64,000 nucleotides of DNA, taken from Antedon mediterranea. Its lineage: Eukaryota; Animalia; Echinodermata. Positions within the stretch are counted from its first letter, which is position 1, and every line of letters begins with the position of its first letter. Of the stretch, positions 1 to 12,236 are shown piece after piece. The translations under genes and the position numbers were made by a program. The notes under the pieces were generated by a model. It was not told where the DNA came from, ran no database searches, and saw only the letters and a list, made by a program, of their open reading frames with translations. The stretch is from contig NC_092673.1 of NCBI RefSeq assembly GCF_964355755.1, positions 3,162,001-3,226,000 of the forward strand, read 5' to 3'.

Positions 1-3000
1 GTCAGTGTCTGGATCTGTTGCGTAACAACACTAAAGTTGAACAACTTTATCACATCATTGCTCAGAATGGTAAGTATTGCGCAACTTGTGGCGAAAGACT
101 GGAAAAAAGTTTTATATATAACACTGCCAACTTGTGTCTCTATGTGGCTACTTCATATATCATAATGATCTTCTAAAACTGGTGTCAAGGATTGTCCAGC
201 ACATGCCTTGCATTGACATTATGTCATTGACACAGTCGCTTACCCATCTACCACATATATACATCCACAATGGAAATCTCAAAATTATAGAATGCGTTTT
301 ACAAAAAAGTCAAAATGTATACAAAGAAAACATAAATTGTTTTATTATTTCTGATATTCGTTCCTTTTATAGCCTTCAAGTTCTGTGCTAAATATACCAG
401 AAAGACTGAATTTCGCAAACTTTGTGACAACGTAAGTAAAACATTTCATATATTAACAATTATCATATTATTATCTTGTAATATTGCTTCACATTTAGTG
501 AGTATGTATTATTAATTTTTATGTTATTTTCTCAAAAATAGTTGCGCTCTCATTTGGGGTTGGTACAGAAGCACCACAACCAACAGACTGCAATCAATTT
601 GAACAATGAAACGAGCCAACAGCTCAACATGGAGACCAGGCTAATGCAACTGGAGACGGCCATCAGCATGGAACTCTGGCAGGTAAGTCATTGATGCCAT
701 TTATGAGGTTTTTGATTTGCGACAACTTATCTATGCATTGTCCTGGGCCTAAAAATCACCGAAATCGAGTGAAGAATATCCTAATGCATACAATGAATTG
801 AAATCAAATCACATCTTTATTTGTTCTATATATAAAAAAGTGTGCATGAAAAAATTGTTTTCCTCAACAGAAATATGGTAAAACAAACAAAACATTCACA
901 AATACATTTGATGAAATTACAATTTATAAAAATAAGAATAATTAAAACATGCATCAATAATCCCATAAAAAAGTACTGTATTGTATTTAGGTTAAAATTA
1001 TATTCCAATTTCAAAACTTTAAAATTTATATATTGGCTGTGCGCTATTATGATCTAACAATCTTTGAGTTAAAAATATGCATGGAATTTGGCAGAAATGA
1101 CAGCCGGTTTCTTGACGTATCAACTCTAGAAGCCCTAACTTCTATCTAGATCAAAAAGATACAGATTAACATAATGATAAAACTCTAGACTGGCTGACAC
1201 GTCATTGATTGCAGCCATCCTGTTTAACATATGCGAGTGTAGACACTGGTGGTCTCAACAGTCACCTAACTGTCTCCATTAGAAGAGATATAGAATAGAT
1301 AAAATATGATGATTGTGCACCTGGAATAATCACACGCTATTATTTTATTGCCATTTTAATAATTTACATAATAAAGTATATACATAGAAATTGTGTTGCT
1401 CTCAGTCCGTACACAAAACAAAACGGTGCAAAACCAAGACAAAAATGAAGTGATCTCGGGCTATTATTTCATTCTCATTTGCATAACTTGCATACTAAAT
1501 ATAATTATATACATAGAAAATTGTGTTGCTCTCAGACCGTAAACAACGGTTCAAAACAAGACAAAACTGGAATAATCTTGGGCCATTATTTCATTTCCAT
1601 TTGTTATATGCAGAGCGTAGATCATTATAGTAATAATATATATATATATATATTTTATCTGTATTTTATTGTTAACCGTTTTTGATGTTGTATTGTTTTA
1701 TGTTTCAAACCTGTTAGTGGCGGTATTTATCGCTGTTGGTTTTGATTGAATAAAATAAAAATAAAATAAAAATAAAATAAAATATATATCCTTAGAAAGA
1801 AGAAGGGGGCGAGGGGGTTGTGCGGGTGACAAAAACAATATTTAATATGGCAGTTGCATTGTTTGATGGAAAATTTTGACCCCCACATCACATCACCAAG
1901 TTATTTTTAGGCCTTTCAATAACTTATAATTGTATTGCTTAACTCTACTGTTGTTGACATGTGTCACTGTTGAATACTGATAAATTAAAATAAAAATTAT
2001 TCTAAATTTAAATTATCATAACCCATTATTTATGCCTACAGGAAGCATACAAAGCAGTTGAAGATATTCACAGCCTGATGGGTTTATCTAAGAAACCTCC
2101 AAAACCCCAGATGATGGCTAATTACTACCAGAAACTTGGTCTTGTATTCTGGAAATCTGGAAATGCGCTTTTCCATGCGTGCGCTTTACATCGTCTACTC
2201 CAGTTGTCTAGGGACCAGCGCAAGAATCTTACTCCAGAAGAAACTCAGAGGTAGATTATTAATGTGTTATTTATTTCATGACTATGTTGCTTGGCAAAAT
2301 AGAATTTAGCCAAGTATGGTACTTGTGTGTTTGTTAGCACGATAGCGCCCACACTTTTAAATTCTGAAATTTAGAATGTAAATAGGTACCATATACTTAC
2401 AGAACATGAAATTCACGAAACTCTGTTCATTATTAACTTAAGAAATAAAAAAAGAAATAAAATGTGTATTCTTTTAACATGGACTGAAATATCGTCATGC
2501 GCCCTCTGTGGTAATACTTCGCTCAGTTTCTGAGTGCTTTCATTTTAGATATTGCCATTATTGAATCTATCTGAGTCTGATATTGAGTCTATGCCCGGGC
2601 AGAACAAATAAATCATGAGTCTGCCATTGTTCTCCTTCACATAGATATAGTAGTAAATGGAAGGGTCTTGTTACAGTATTTGAATTAGTGTTTTGTATAC
2701 AGCTTGCACAGATGTTATCTAAAATTTAATTGTAACAAAAATGAGTAATATTTCTTATTTTTTATTTCTTTAGAATGGCGTCCCGTGTCCTATTAGCAAC
2801 ATTAACTATCCCAATTTCTCCGCCACGTAATGATATCGGTAACATGTTGGACATGGGTAATACCGCAATTGAAAATCAACGTAAATTAGCCAACTTGTTA
2901 GGACTTCAAAATCCACCAACCAGAATACAATTGATTAAGGATTTGGTAAGTATGACCAGGGATTTTTGCTTTGTATAGAAATTGTACAAAGGTAAAGGTC

Positions 3001-6000
3001 TTTCACTATCAAACTAAAGTGTGATGTGCCCAAACATGATAGTGATATGCCCAAATATGGTAGTGATATAACATCATGTCCATATATGGGCACATCACAT
3101 TTTGTTGTCACATAAAATTTGATAGTGTAGACAGAGATTTATAGTATAGATAAACAAATTAAAATGTATTTTATTCTGTGATGAACACCTAAGCCAGAGA
3201 TATGATCAAAGCTTTGACTTAGGATTTGATTATCTTTCATGTTTAATGTACAAAACACTAATTCAAAGTAAAACGACCTGTAGGAAGACCAAGAAATAAC
3301 TGGATGAATCAAATAAAGAAAGACTTGCAAGGACTAGTAGTAGGGATAACGATGTAAAATTAAAAGTTAATATTTTGCAAACAAATTATACATTGCCTGT
3401 TAGTATTTTGTATCAATATTATAATAAAGAAAGAATTATGAAAATATGACTTGTAGTTTTCGAAATATAGGGTTTAAAACATCGCCGAAGAATTTCAATG
3501 CATTATTTTCCCGTGTAATTGGACAGGCCTGACACCATGTGACTTCACGGCACTTGCGAGAAAATTATTCCGCTGTGTATTGATTCGCGTCAACCAATCA
3601 AAGGGCGAGAATCCAAAATCGTTCAACCGTGAGACATGAGGAGCGGTCGAATGCGAAGGTTTGATTGGCTTGCAATGACATCATACCATAAAATGGCGTT
3701 TTTGTAGTTGAGCCTCTCGGAATTTTCCAAAAATTATTTTTAAAATGGACAAAACAGCTATTTTTCATGGTATATGGGCTGTTACTATGAAATATTCGAA
3801 TTATATAGACCTCATATCGGGATAAAACTGTTTTTTTAGCACTTAAAATTAATATTTTTCTTAGTAACAAGCACATGGTATGTGGAACTATATTATCTTG
3901 GTGTAGGAATAAAATACATTTTGAGGTCATAAGAGGCTCAACTACAAAAATAAGGTTGAAAATGGTAGGTCATTGAGCCTTCCGAGGGTTTCGTAGTAAA
4001 CAAAAGCTATACGCGCTAGGCGATAACGATCTTTTAACCACTATATTAACATTTTTGGTTGAATGAAATGAAAATAAAAAATACTTGATCTTATAGAATA
4101 ATAGGTAAATGAATATTTACTCAAAAGGACATTTTCATAATTAATTTATTTTCAGAATAATTACCTAATAAAAAGTGTTTACCAAAGTAAAAAAATACCG
4201 CGTCAATGACATTGCGCGCATAGTAACGTGCGCGCTGTTTAATCGTGGTAATGAAAATGGAGTCAGCTCTCGGTATCCCTACTAGTAGACACTAACACAA
4301 TAACAAACCATCCTGCCATAAACAGAAAAAAATGGAAACAAATTGTGGAAAGCGTAATGTCGGAAGACGGAAAACGTTAGCAACAACAATCATGTTCTGA
4401 GAGAATCCTATCATCTGTCCAGTATTATAGGCAAATTCTCAAATACAGTGTCACACATATCACATGTGATGCCTGTAACATAATACAGGTGCCACAAGTT
4501 ATCAGTTTATTTCTCATACAGGTTAAATACAACGTAGTGCAGTTTGTACACCCACAACTGGCAAATCTTTTCAACTACATGGAGGTTCAGTTTCACCCCC
4601 TGAAGCTTTGTAAACGCTTGGTTGAGGTTTTCGACTACCTACGCGAGGGAAACGAGTTGGATTACTCGCAGTATGTTCCGTCCCTTGAGAAGAACACCAT
4701 CATTCGCCTTCTGAAGCAAGTGTGTCAGGTTTACCAGACTATACAATTTAAGCGCTTATGCGAGTTGGTGCCGTTTGCCACGCCGTTTCAACTGGAAAAG
4801 ATTATCGTAGACACTGCTCGGAACGGAGATGTTTCTGTAAGTTTATATGAAAAATAGTAGTCAAGTTGTTATTGTTGTATATGATTATTCATAGCTGAAT
4901 AGAATATGTTGCCAAGTAATTACTGTAGTTTACCAATATTACCCTGGAAGTCATTCCTGCCCCGTCCTGGGATTAATATAACAATTCTGAAAATTATATT
5001 TATAAACTGTATATCTCCTGGTATAATCCCACCCAGGTGGTCAATGCTTAAAGTAATTTTTACTTGTTTTGATCTCCTTTCACACATTGTTTTCTTTTTT
5101 CTTTTCTTATTGTTCATATTTCTGTTCCTTTTGTTCAATGTGTGGAAAATAAATAAATGAAACAAACAAAACAAAACCCACCTAGAACACAAAATTTGGC
5201 CGATTTTGGGTGAGTGGGACTATACCCAGGGAAACCCTTATTCATTAAATAAATGATTGGCAAGCATTTCTTGAAAAACTCTTCTGAAGTTGATAGAGAG
5301 AGGCCTACATCCAGACAAAAGGGGATATGTCTTTCTGTGAAATCGGACATAAAGTAGGTGGTGGGATTAGACCCGAAGTGGGATTATACCGGAGGATATA
5401 TGGTATATATTATTATATTTCTATTGAACCTTTCTCCTCTAAACTCTAGAATAAAAAAAGGTGCAATTTAAACAATTTTAACTTTAATTTTCAACATTAA
5501 AGGTAAGAATGGATCATGGAACTCAATCGTTGAGCTTTGGAAAGGACATGTCTGTGTCCACTACCGAATCAACTGAAGGACCAAAGCTTCAGCCAATGCC
5601 TGCTGAACAGATTCGTAACCAGCTTACTGAGATGTCATCGGCTCTCCACAAATCACTTCAGTTGATAAAACATCAAGATATCAAGGTAATTTTATATACT
5701 TTCAACATATTTTAATACATGTGTGGTTTCTTGCAATATATACGATTGTGGATAATAATGTAGCTATATCAATGTTTCACTTGCAAATTGAATTTCTACA
5801 TACCACATGATAGAGTGAGTTGAGTTAGACAGTGGAACCGTAGTTATGTAGCCATAACATCGGCAAGGGTTCAAGGCTCATTCGTTCCATGGTTCTGGTG
5901 GTAGAACAATTCTTCTCGAATAAAGACTATAAACTGTAGGTCCAGTGTACACATCTAGCTCCTGTGCACTTCAAAGAACCTAGTACATCTTTTGAGACGA

Positions 6001-9000
6001 GTAGGGGTTACCCCAGTGTACTAGTACACACACAGCCTTGTTTCGCTTTTGTATTCACGAAAGTTATCTTTATTTTTTTAATATTGGTAGTAAAAATTGG
6101 TATTGTCTTGTTATATTTCAGGCTGACCTGATTGACCAGAAGCAGAAGATAATTCGGAACTATCTTCGTACCGCCCGTAAAGAACACGATCTTATCTTGG
6201 CCCGTCGTCATATCATTGAGGAGCGCAAAGAGAAGCTGGAGAGTATTAGCACCCAGAGAGTAAGTCATTTCCACGCTATTGTATAGAAACTAAAGTAGTC
6301 TGTCTAAACTATCAAACTAGTTTGACAAAAAGTGTGAAGTATGGTAGTGATATGCCTAAATATGGTAGTGATATGCCCAAATATGGTAGTGATATGACAT
6401 GTCCATATATGGGCACACATTTTTTTGTCGCACATAAATTTTGATAGTGTAGACAGAGCTTTAGGATATTAGAATTACGTTTTTATTCTGTGATGAACAC
6501 CTAAGCCAGAGATATGACCAAAGCCTTGACTTTGGATATGATTATCTTTCATGTTCTGAGAGAATCGTATCATCTGTCCAGTAGCAAATTCCTATCAATA
6601 AACAACAAGAAAATAATTATCGTGACTAATTAATATTAACTGTTACATTTAGGAAAAAGAGGAACAGGAAGAACAAGAGAAGCAGCAAAGATTACAGCGT
6701 ACTGCGGAAGAACAAAGGTTGAAACGAGAAGCAGAAGAACGCAAGAAGAAGAAGAAAGAGGATGAACTGAAGGAGATTCAGAAGAAACAAGCTCAACAAC
6801 GTTTGGATAACCTGAAGCAATCGGCTTTGGGAAAGAAAGTTATTGAGAAACTTAACAAAGAGGTATGTCACTTGTTATTAGAGAGCTTAGCATATAAAAT
6901 AAGGGGTTAGATCATTGTTGATATTAAATTTAAAATGATTAAAGACACGTTCGTGTTTTTCACAAACTGCATTTTATATACAATCAAATATTATATGAGC
7001 CTATCGTGATAATTTATTTTGTCTATAAGCGGTAAAAATGTGAAATATTAAGGAGATTTTAATGTATTGTATGTATTGATCAATCGATTGTGAAGGAAAT
7101 AATAACTTTTCAGCGAAAATACCGGGATTTCCTCAATTTGTATTAACGGATTCTGTCAAAAACAGAAAGATAATGAATGCAGCAACTACACATCAGGTTA
7201 GGCCTTTAGCTATCGTACGATGTTTGTATGTTAAGCAGTTTACCAGCTTGGCTTACAAACCTTAGCCTAGCTAGAATAGGCCTTAATACTGTCCATGTGA
7301 GGACATTCAACGCGAGCTACTTAGGTAGTGCATTGTTTCCCTCTCTTTATCATATTTAACCATACGTTAAACAAGCTAGCAAGGTTAATACAATGTACTT
7401 TATTTTGCTTTTCAGGAGCTTGAATCTCTAGATGTCGATGATATCTATGCAAAGCAGATTGAACAGCTGGAAGCAGAAAAGAAAGAATTACAGAATAGAC
7501 TGAAGACACAGGAAAAGAAGGCAAGTCACAGAAATGCATAAACATGCCCAGTTACCACTAGTAGTAGTTCTAGCCGTTTTAAGTTCAAACTAGAATCACT
7601 TTTACTAAAATTTTGTGTTCATGTTAGCCGTGATTGGACACAATCAATATTCAACAATCTAATAGTTTAGTGAAATATTTAACTTGTTATCTTGTTTATA
7701 GGTTGATTACTTTGAACGTGCGAAACGCGAGTTTGAGATACCACTGTTGAAAGAACAGTACGAACACGATAAGGTTGATGTCCGCGAGACGTGGGAAAAA
7801 CAAGAAGATGAGAGGGTATGTTACCAAAAGTTGTTCAGAAATAGTCCCTCATTTAAGTATGTAAAGGTATATGGTAAATAGGAAATTAGAAAAAGGATTA
7901 CGTTTTTCCACAAAATATTGTCATTTAAACTTCTTTTAGATAACATTGATCAAAGAAGAGCAGGCTCAAGCAGAAAGTAGTTGGAAAAGACTCTCCCGAA
8001 TGGCTAAGGATCGTGATGACTTCCTGGACAAGCTTAAACAAGCCCGTGGCTCTGTCTATAAAGTAAGTATTATTTCTTTAATTTATTGTTATCCCTTAAT
8101 AGCCGTATTCAACGTTCACACTAAGGGAAATACTTGCCATTAAAATTGAAAAATTCTTAATTTAGAATTTATTTTTTTAATGTTTTTTCTATCTAAATCC
8201 TTAAAGATTTATTGTCCCTTGAAACACAAAAAATGAAGGTCAAAATATTCTAAATTTAAATTGGCCATATCAAATAATATTAAAGTTATTCACTTTAAGT
8301 CGAAAATTCGAGCCAAAAACAACAAGTTTACGTAATTAACAGGTAAATTAATTTGATTACATTTCGTCTGGAAAATGTCGCGAGCGAAAGTAAACAAAAG
8401 ATTTCAAACCATGAGTATGCATTATGCATGATGCTAATTAGGATTGTTTACAACTCGTCACGGTTGAGAAGGTGTTTTCACACAGATCGCGAAGAAATTT
8501 TGTGATTATGCATACAGAGTAGCCAAACAAGCACGTTGCATTATAAGATATGTTTTGATCGAAAACTTTGACTGGAAGTCAAAGTAAATTTTTGAACAAA
8601 AAAATGTCTTTTTTTTTTTACATTTTTTTAGAATTAGTCAAAGGGACAATGCATCTTTAATTTATTATTGACTGTATGTATATATTTTATATGTAAGGGA
8701 AATATATTTAAGTGTTATTAGTTAATATGCCACTTTAATTTGTTTAACTTAAGAATTTGAGAGCCACTTAAAAACACCATACTACTAAATAGCATTACAT
8801 AAAAGATCGCTACTTCCAAAATGTCCATTATGTCAAATTATTTCAGAATTCTTTAGAGGTTTGCATGGCAAATAAACGCTAGTAAAGTTAGGTTTGCCGT
8901 ACACCATGTGATTTTAAAAAAAAAAAGTTTTGTTTGGCTCGATGTTTCAGTTGTTGTGCTACAACCGCGTTCTCAGTTGAGATTACCCTTTGTTTACCAG

Positions 9001-10711
9001 TACTTTGTTTTCACAATTTGTAGGAAAAGCTCAAGAAATTTGAGGAACTGGTTGCGGATGAACGCAAATTGCGCTTGATGGAACGGAAACAACAGCGCAA
9101 AGAGGAGCGTCGTGCTAAGTGGTTAAAAGATAAAGAAGAGGAGGAACAACGTATTCGTGATGAAGAAGCTAAAAGACGTGTGTAGATAATTTACTATTTT
9201 GATCATATTCGGTCTTAGAATTGATTCGCTGTATAAGTTATATTTACTTAAAATAAATGTTATTTACCAAAATTGATAATTACAATTTTTTTCCAGAGCG
9301 AGAATTGGAACGTGAACAGCAAGAGAAGGAGGAGGAAGAGTATCGACAGAAAGTTGCGAAACTCCAGGAGCAAGAAGCGAAGCGACGCGCAAAGTAAGTT
9401 ATTATTTTTTATTTCTCGTTTTATATTACCATAGTCCTAATTCTTTGATTGAATACCATGCTTACTGCTAGCTCATCTTTGTTCATACAATTTTGATATT
9501 TTAAGGCAAGTTCTATGCTATTCAATTGATGCAAATCCAAACAAGTAAACATTTTATTTTCAGGGAGAAAGAGATTGAAGAAAGACTGGAGAAGGAGAGA
9601 ATGTCTGGAGGAAATAGACGTTTCGAAGCACCTTCCCGGGAAGAGAATAGAGACTGGAAACGTGGCGAATCTGAAGTTGAAAATACTGATAGGTAAGAAA
9701 CTAGTTGAAGAAATATTATTAGTTGCATTCACCGCTGTTAACAATTCTCTGCCTATCATTATTATTATCATTATTATTATCATTATTATTATCATTATTC
9801 GTCAAATGTAAATTGCTGTTTACTTGATTTGCCATTTTATTTATAGTAGTGACGGACCATGGCGACCTAAAGGAAGAGAAGGTGGAGGTTGGCGAGAAAG
9901 AGTTAAAGCGAAAGAAGATAGTTGGAAAGGAGAAAATTATGAAGATTCTAAAAGTAGCTGGCGTGGTGATAATGATGATCGTCGGAGGGACGAAGAACCA
10001 CCAAGAAGAGACGATTACGAACGTGAAGGCGGTCGAGAAGAACGTGGTGGACGTAGAGTTGACGATGATGGAGGAAGTTGGAGAAGCGGTCAACCAGATG
10101 ACGGACCTCGTCGAGGTGGTGAAGGTGCGTGGAGAGGTAGTGAAAGACAAAGAGACTTTGGTTCACGAGGAGGTGACCGTTACGAGGATCGTGGTCCACG
10201 AGGTGGTGACCGTTACGAGGATCGTGGTCCACGAGGTGGTGACCGTTACGAGGATCGTGGTCCACGAGGTGGTGACCGGTACGAAGATAGAGGGCCAAGA
10301 GGTGGTGACCGGTACGAAGATAAGGAACCTCACCGTGTACCAATGCGTGATAATAGAGGACCAGATGAACGTGATGGTTGGCGTAGTAGTAGGGATGATG
10401 GGCCACCCAGAGGTGATTGGGGCAGAAGTAATCGTGGACCACCTAGAGATGAGCGTCCACCACCATCCGAAGATCGTTGGACAAGAAGTAGTGACCGTGA
10501 CAGGCCACGTGACGGTGGATGGGGACGAGACCGAGATGAACCACCTTCTGATCGAGGCGCATGGAGAAGAGGCGGGGGACGTGAAGCACAAGAGTCGAAA
10601 GAGTCTTCGAGCTGGAGGGGGAGAAACGACGGTCCAGCACGCGAAGAGAAGAAATCTGTCGAAACCCAGCCTAGGCAGGATGATGATGGCTGGACAACAG
10701 TATCACGTTAA
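1..10711 (+). CDS. EIF3A: Eukaryotic translation initiation factor 3 subunit A (5' part lies outside the window)
   Basis: Spliced exons 1-69, 373-431, 542-682, 2042-2250, 2774-2945, 4522-4836, 5503-5685, 6122-6259, 6653-6862, 7416-7520, 7702-7815, 7940-8062, 9024-9177, 9297-9393, 9564-9692, 9847-10711 join in frame. Motifs: [70 protein letters not shown], an RG/D-rich repeat tail and C-terminal [10 protein letters not shown]. Confidence 0.97.
3002..3137. mobile_element. MITE family A (PIF/Harbinger-like termini), copy with degenerate left end
   Basis: CACTATCAAA...TTTGATAGTGTAGACAGAG with internal 20-bp repeats CAAATATGGTAGTGATATGC; same family as 6297, 38582, 45432 and 49716. Confidence 0.75.
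3244..4389 (+). mobile_element. 5'-truncated LINE 3' end (RTE-like), itself split by a DNA transposon
   Basis: The rejoined halves encode [19 protein letters not shown]...[13 protein letters not shown]...EDGKR*, then a (CAA)n tail. 7-bp TSD TCATGTT. An uninterrupted copy lies at ~45170-45400 (-). Confidence 0.75.
3341..4281. mobile_element. Non-autonomous DNA transposon, ~940 bp
   Basis: TIRs TAGGGATAACGA / TCGGTATCCCTA, flanked by duplicated (A)CTAGTAG (7-8 bp, boundary ambiguous). The empty site is visible in the LINE copy near 45275. Confidence 0.8.
5005..5404. mobile_element. Degenerate MITE (Tc1/pogo-like ends)
   Basis: Imperfect inverted repeats TATATCTCCTGGTATAATCCCAC / GTGGGATTATACCGGAGGATATATGGTA. 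Confidence 0.5.
5812..6035 (+). mobile_element. tRNA-derived SINE with Deu-like core
   Basis: Degenerate tRNA head, then core ...AAAGAACCTAGTACATCTTTTGAGACGAGTAGGGGTTACCCCAGTGTACTAG; homologous to copies at 48700, 58835 and 59450. Confidence 0.75.
6297..6460. mobile_element. MITE family A copy
   Basis: TCTGTCTAAACTATCAAA...TTTGATAGTGTAGACAGAGCT with three internal ~20-bp repeats. Confidence 0.8.
6485..6565 (+). ncRNA. Intronic box C/D snoRNA in eIF3a
   Basis: Terminal stem ATTCT/AGAAT, C box GTGATGA (6490-6496), D box CTGA (6556-6559), internal hairpin CCAAAG/CTTTGG. Lies ~90 nt upstream of the 3' splice site and is conserved in a second intron. Confidence 0.8.
8205..8656. mobile_element. 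Non-autonomous Kolobok-like DNA transposon
   Basis: TTAA on both sides (8201-8204, 8657-8660), AG...CT termini, TIRs AGATTTATTGTCCCTT / AAGGGACAATGCATCT; related ends near 43730 and 48290. Confidence 0.7.
9754..9799. repeat. (ATT/ATC)n microsatellite
   Basis: ATCATTATTATT repeated in the last eIF3a intron. Confidence 0.9.
10163..10325 (+). repeat. Coding 33-bp tandem repeat ([11 protein letters not shown] x5) in the eIF3a tail
   Basis: Unit CACGAGGTGGTGACCGTTACGAGGATCGTGGTC, near-identical copies. Confidence 0.92.
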
Positions 10712-12236
10712 AACAAAATTGAATGCAAATTAAATTTACACAAAATAATGAATAGTTAAATACAATAAAATTTACGACATTATTTTGAATATGCTATATA
10801 TTGGTTAAGTTTTGTGAGAGCAGCTTTTTACACTTTTACCGATTTTCTCATCTCCACCTTTATGCTTTATTTTTTCTAAATTAATGAATACGATTATAAA
10901 ATGAAATGTGCGGAGGGGGTTGATTATGTGATTGGTAGTGACTAACGCCTAAAATTAGAAAGAAATAAGGTGGCACAATGATAATAATTATTTGAACTGC
11001 AATTTTATAATTTGTTGGAATCATTTTTAAAGATTTTCTGCCATAGATATTATGATAAAGAATGCCTGCCAATGTATTGGATATGTACACCAGTGTATGT
11101 AAAATCATTTAGACCAGAATAGTCTTTTCCATCAATTGCATTTCCTAACATAATTGAAACAAATCGTATATTTTATTTGCACATCTTATAACCTATATAT
11201 TTAGTATCTATATTATACTTACATAAGTTGCATGTTTATATAGCCATTTTTTAAAAAGGGGTGCTTGATGATTTAATTGTCTGAAATTGGAAATTTAAAA
11301 AAATACCATGGATTGTATACATTGTTGCCATCATCATACCCATAATAAGTAATCTCTGGATAATTACAATTCCTACTAAATGTTACTGCCTGGCCCCTTG
11401 TTTTTTTTAAATTGCAAAACAAGCAAATCTGAGGTGTATTGCATATCAAGTGATGGTCATGTGTACTATTAAATTACGTGATGGAAACATTAATTTTGTT
11501 TGTATCTGTTCAAAGTGAGATAAATGTCCACCTTCTGTGACCACAGATAAAATGTGTGCCAATGCTGTATAGGTGGTTGTTTTCTGTATTATATTGTAAG
11601 TATAGATGCTTATTGATTTTTTTTCTTTGAATATTTACATACTGTAGTAGTAGTAGTATTATTTGTGGAGTACAACAAATGTTGGTTATAATGATATACA
11701 AATAATGTTTATATTATGTGGAATGGTAAAACTAATTTCATGAGGTGAAAGATGAAAATATATAAATATATTATCCTCGACATTGGATACTGTACACGAT
11801 TTAAAAAAAAAAAGAAACTTATCTCAGAATTACACCAATATATAGACCATAATTGTTTATTTTTAAATACAAGGTACACTATACAGCAGTATTACATGTA
11901 AACAGCACTTTCTGTGTAGGCCTATACTGTTGACATTACTGTATTCATGATTAACCCAATGGCAACTGTGCTTTTTAGTTTATATATATTTCAAAATTTG
12001 TTTTATTCTTTCAGGGTTTATGCAGGCAAACACCATCCAGAAACAAAAAATATTGTACTTCTATATACCGTAAATTTGTAAGTTATAATTGTTTTAAAAA
12101 AAATTCTCATTGATTCGCAAAAAATAATGTTGCATTATTACAAAGAAATGTATCTTGTACTATAGAGCCCGAATCTGGTCCCACATGCTTTTATTTGTCT
12201 AGGTCAGTGTGCACCTGATAGTAGATATACTATATA

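Larger units (their letters stand above)
3173..4406 (+). pseudogene. Box C/D snoRNA paralog interrupted by nested insertions
   Basis: 3173-3243 and 4390-4406 together reproduce the intact copy at 6485-6565. The C box GTGATGA (3178) is separated from the D box CTGA (4397) by an insertion flanked by duplicated TCATGTT. Confidence 0.8.

Noticed and set aside
9719-10733. Long alternative-frame and antisense ORFs over the last eIF3a exon
   Set aside because: Shadows of the repetitive RG/D-rich coding sequence.
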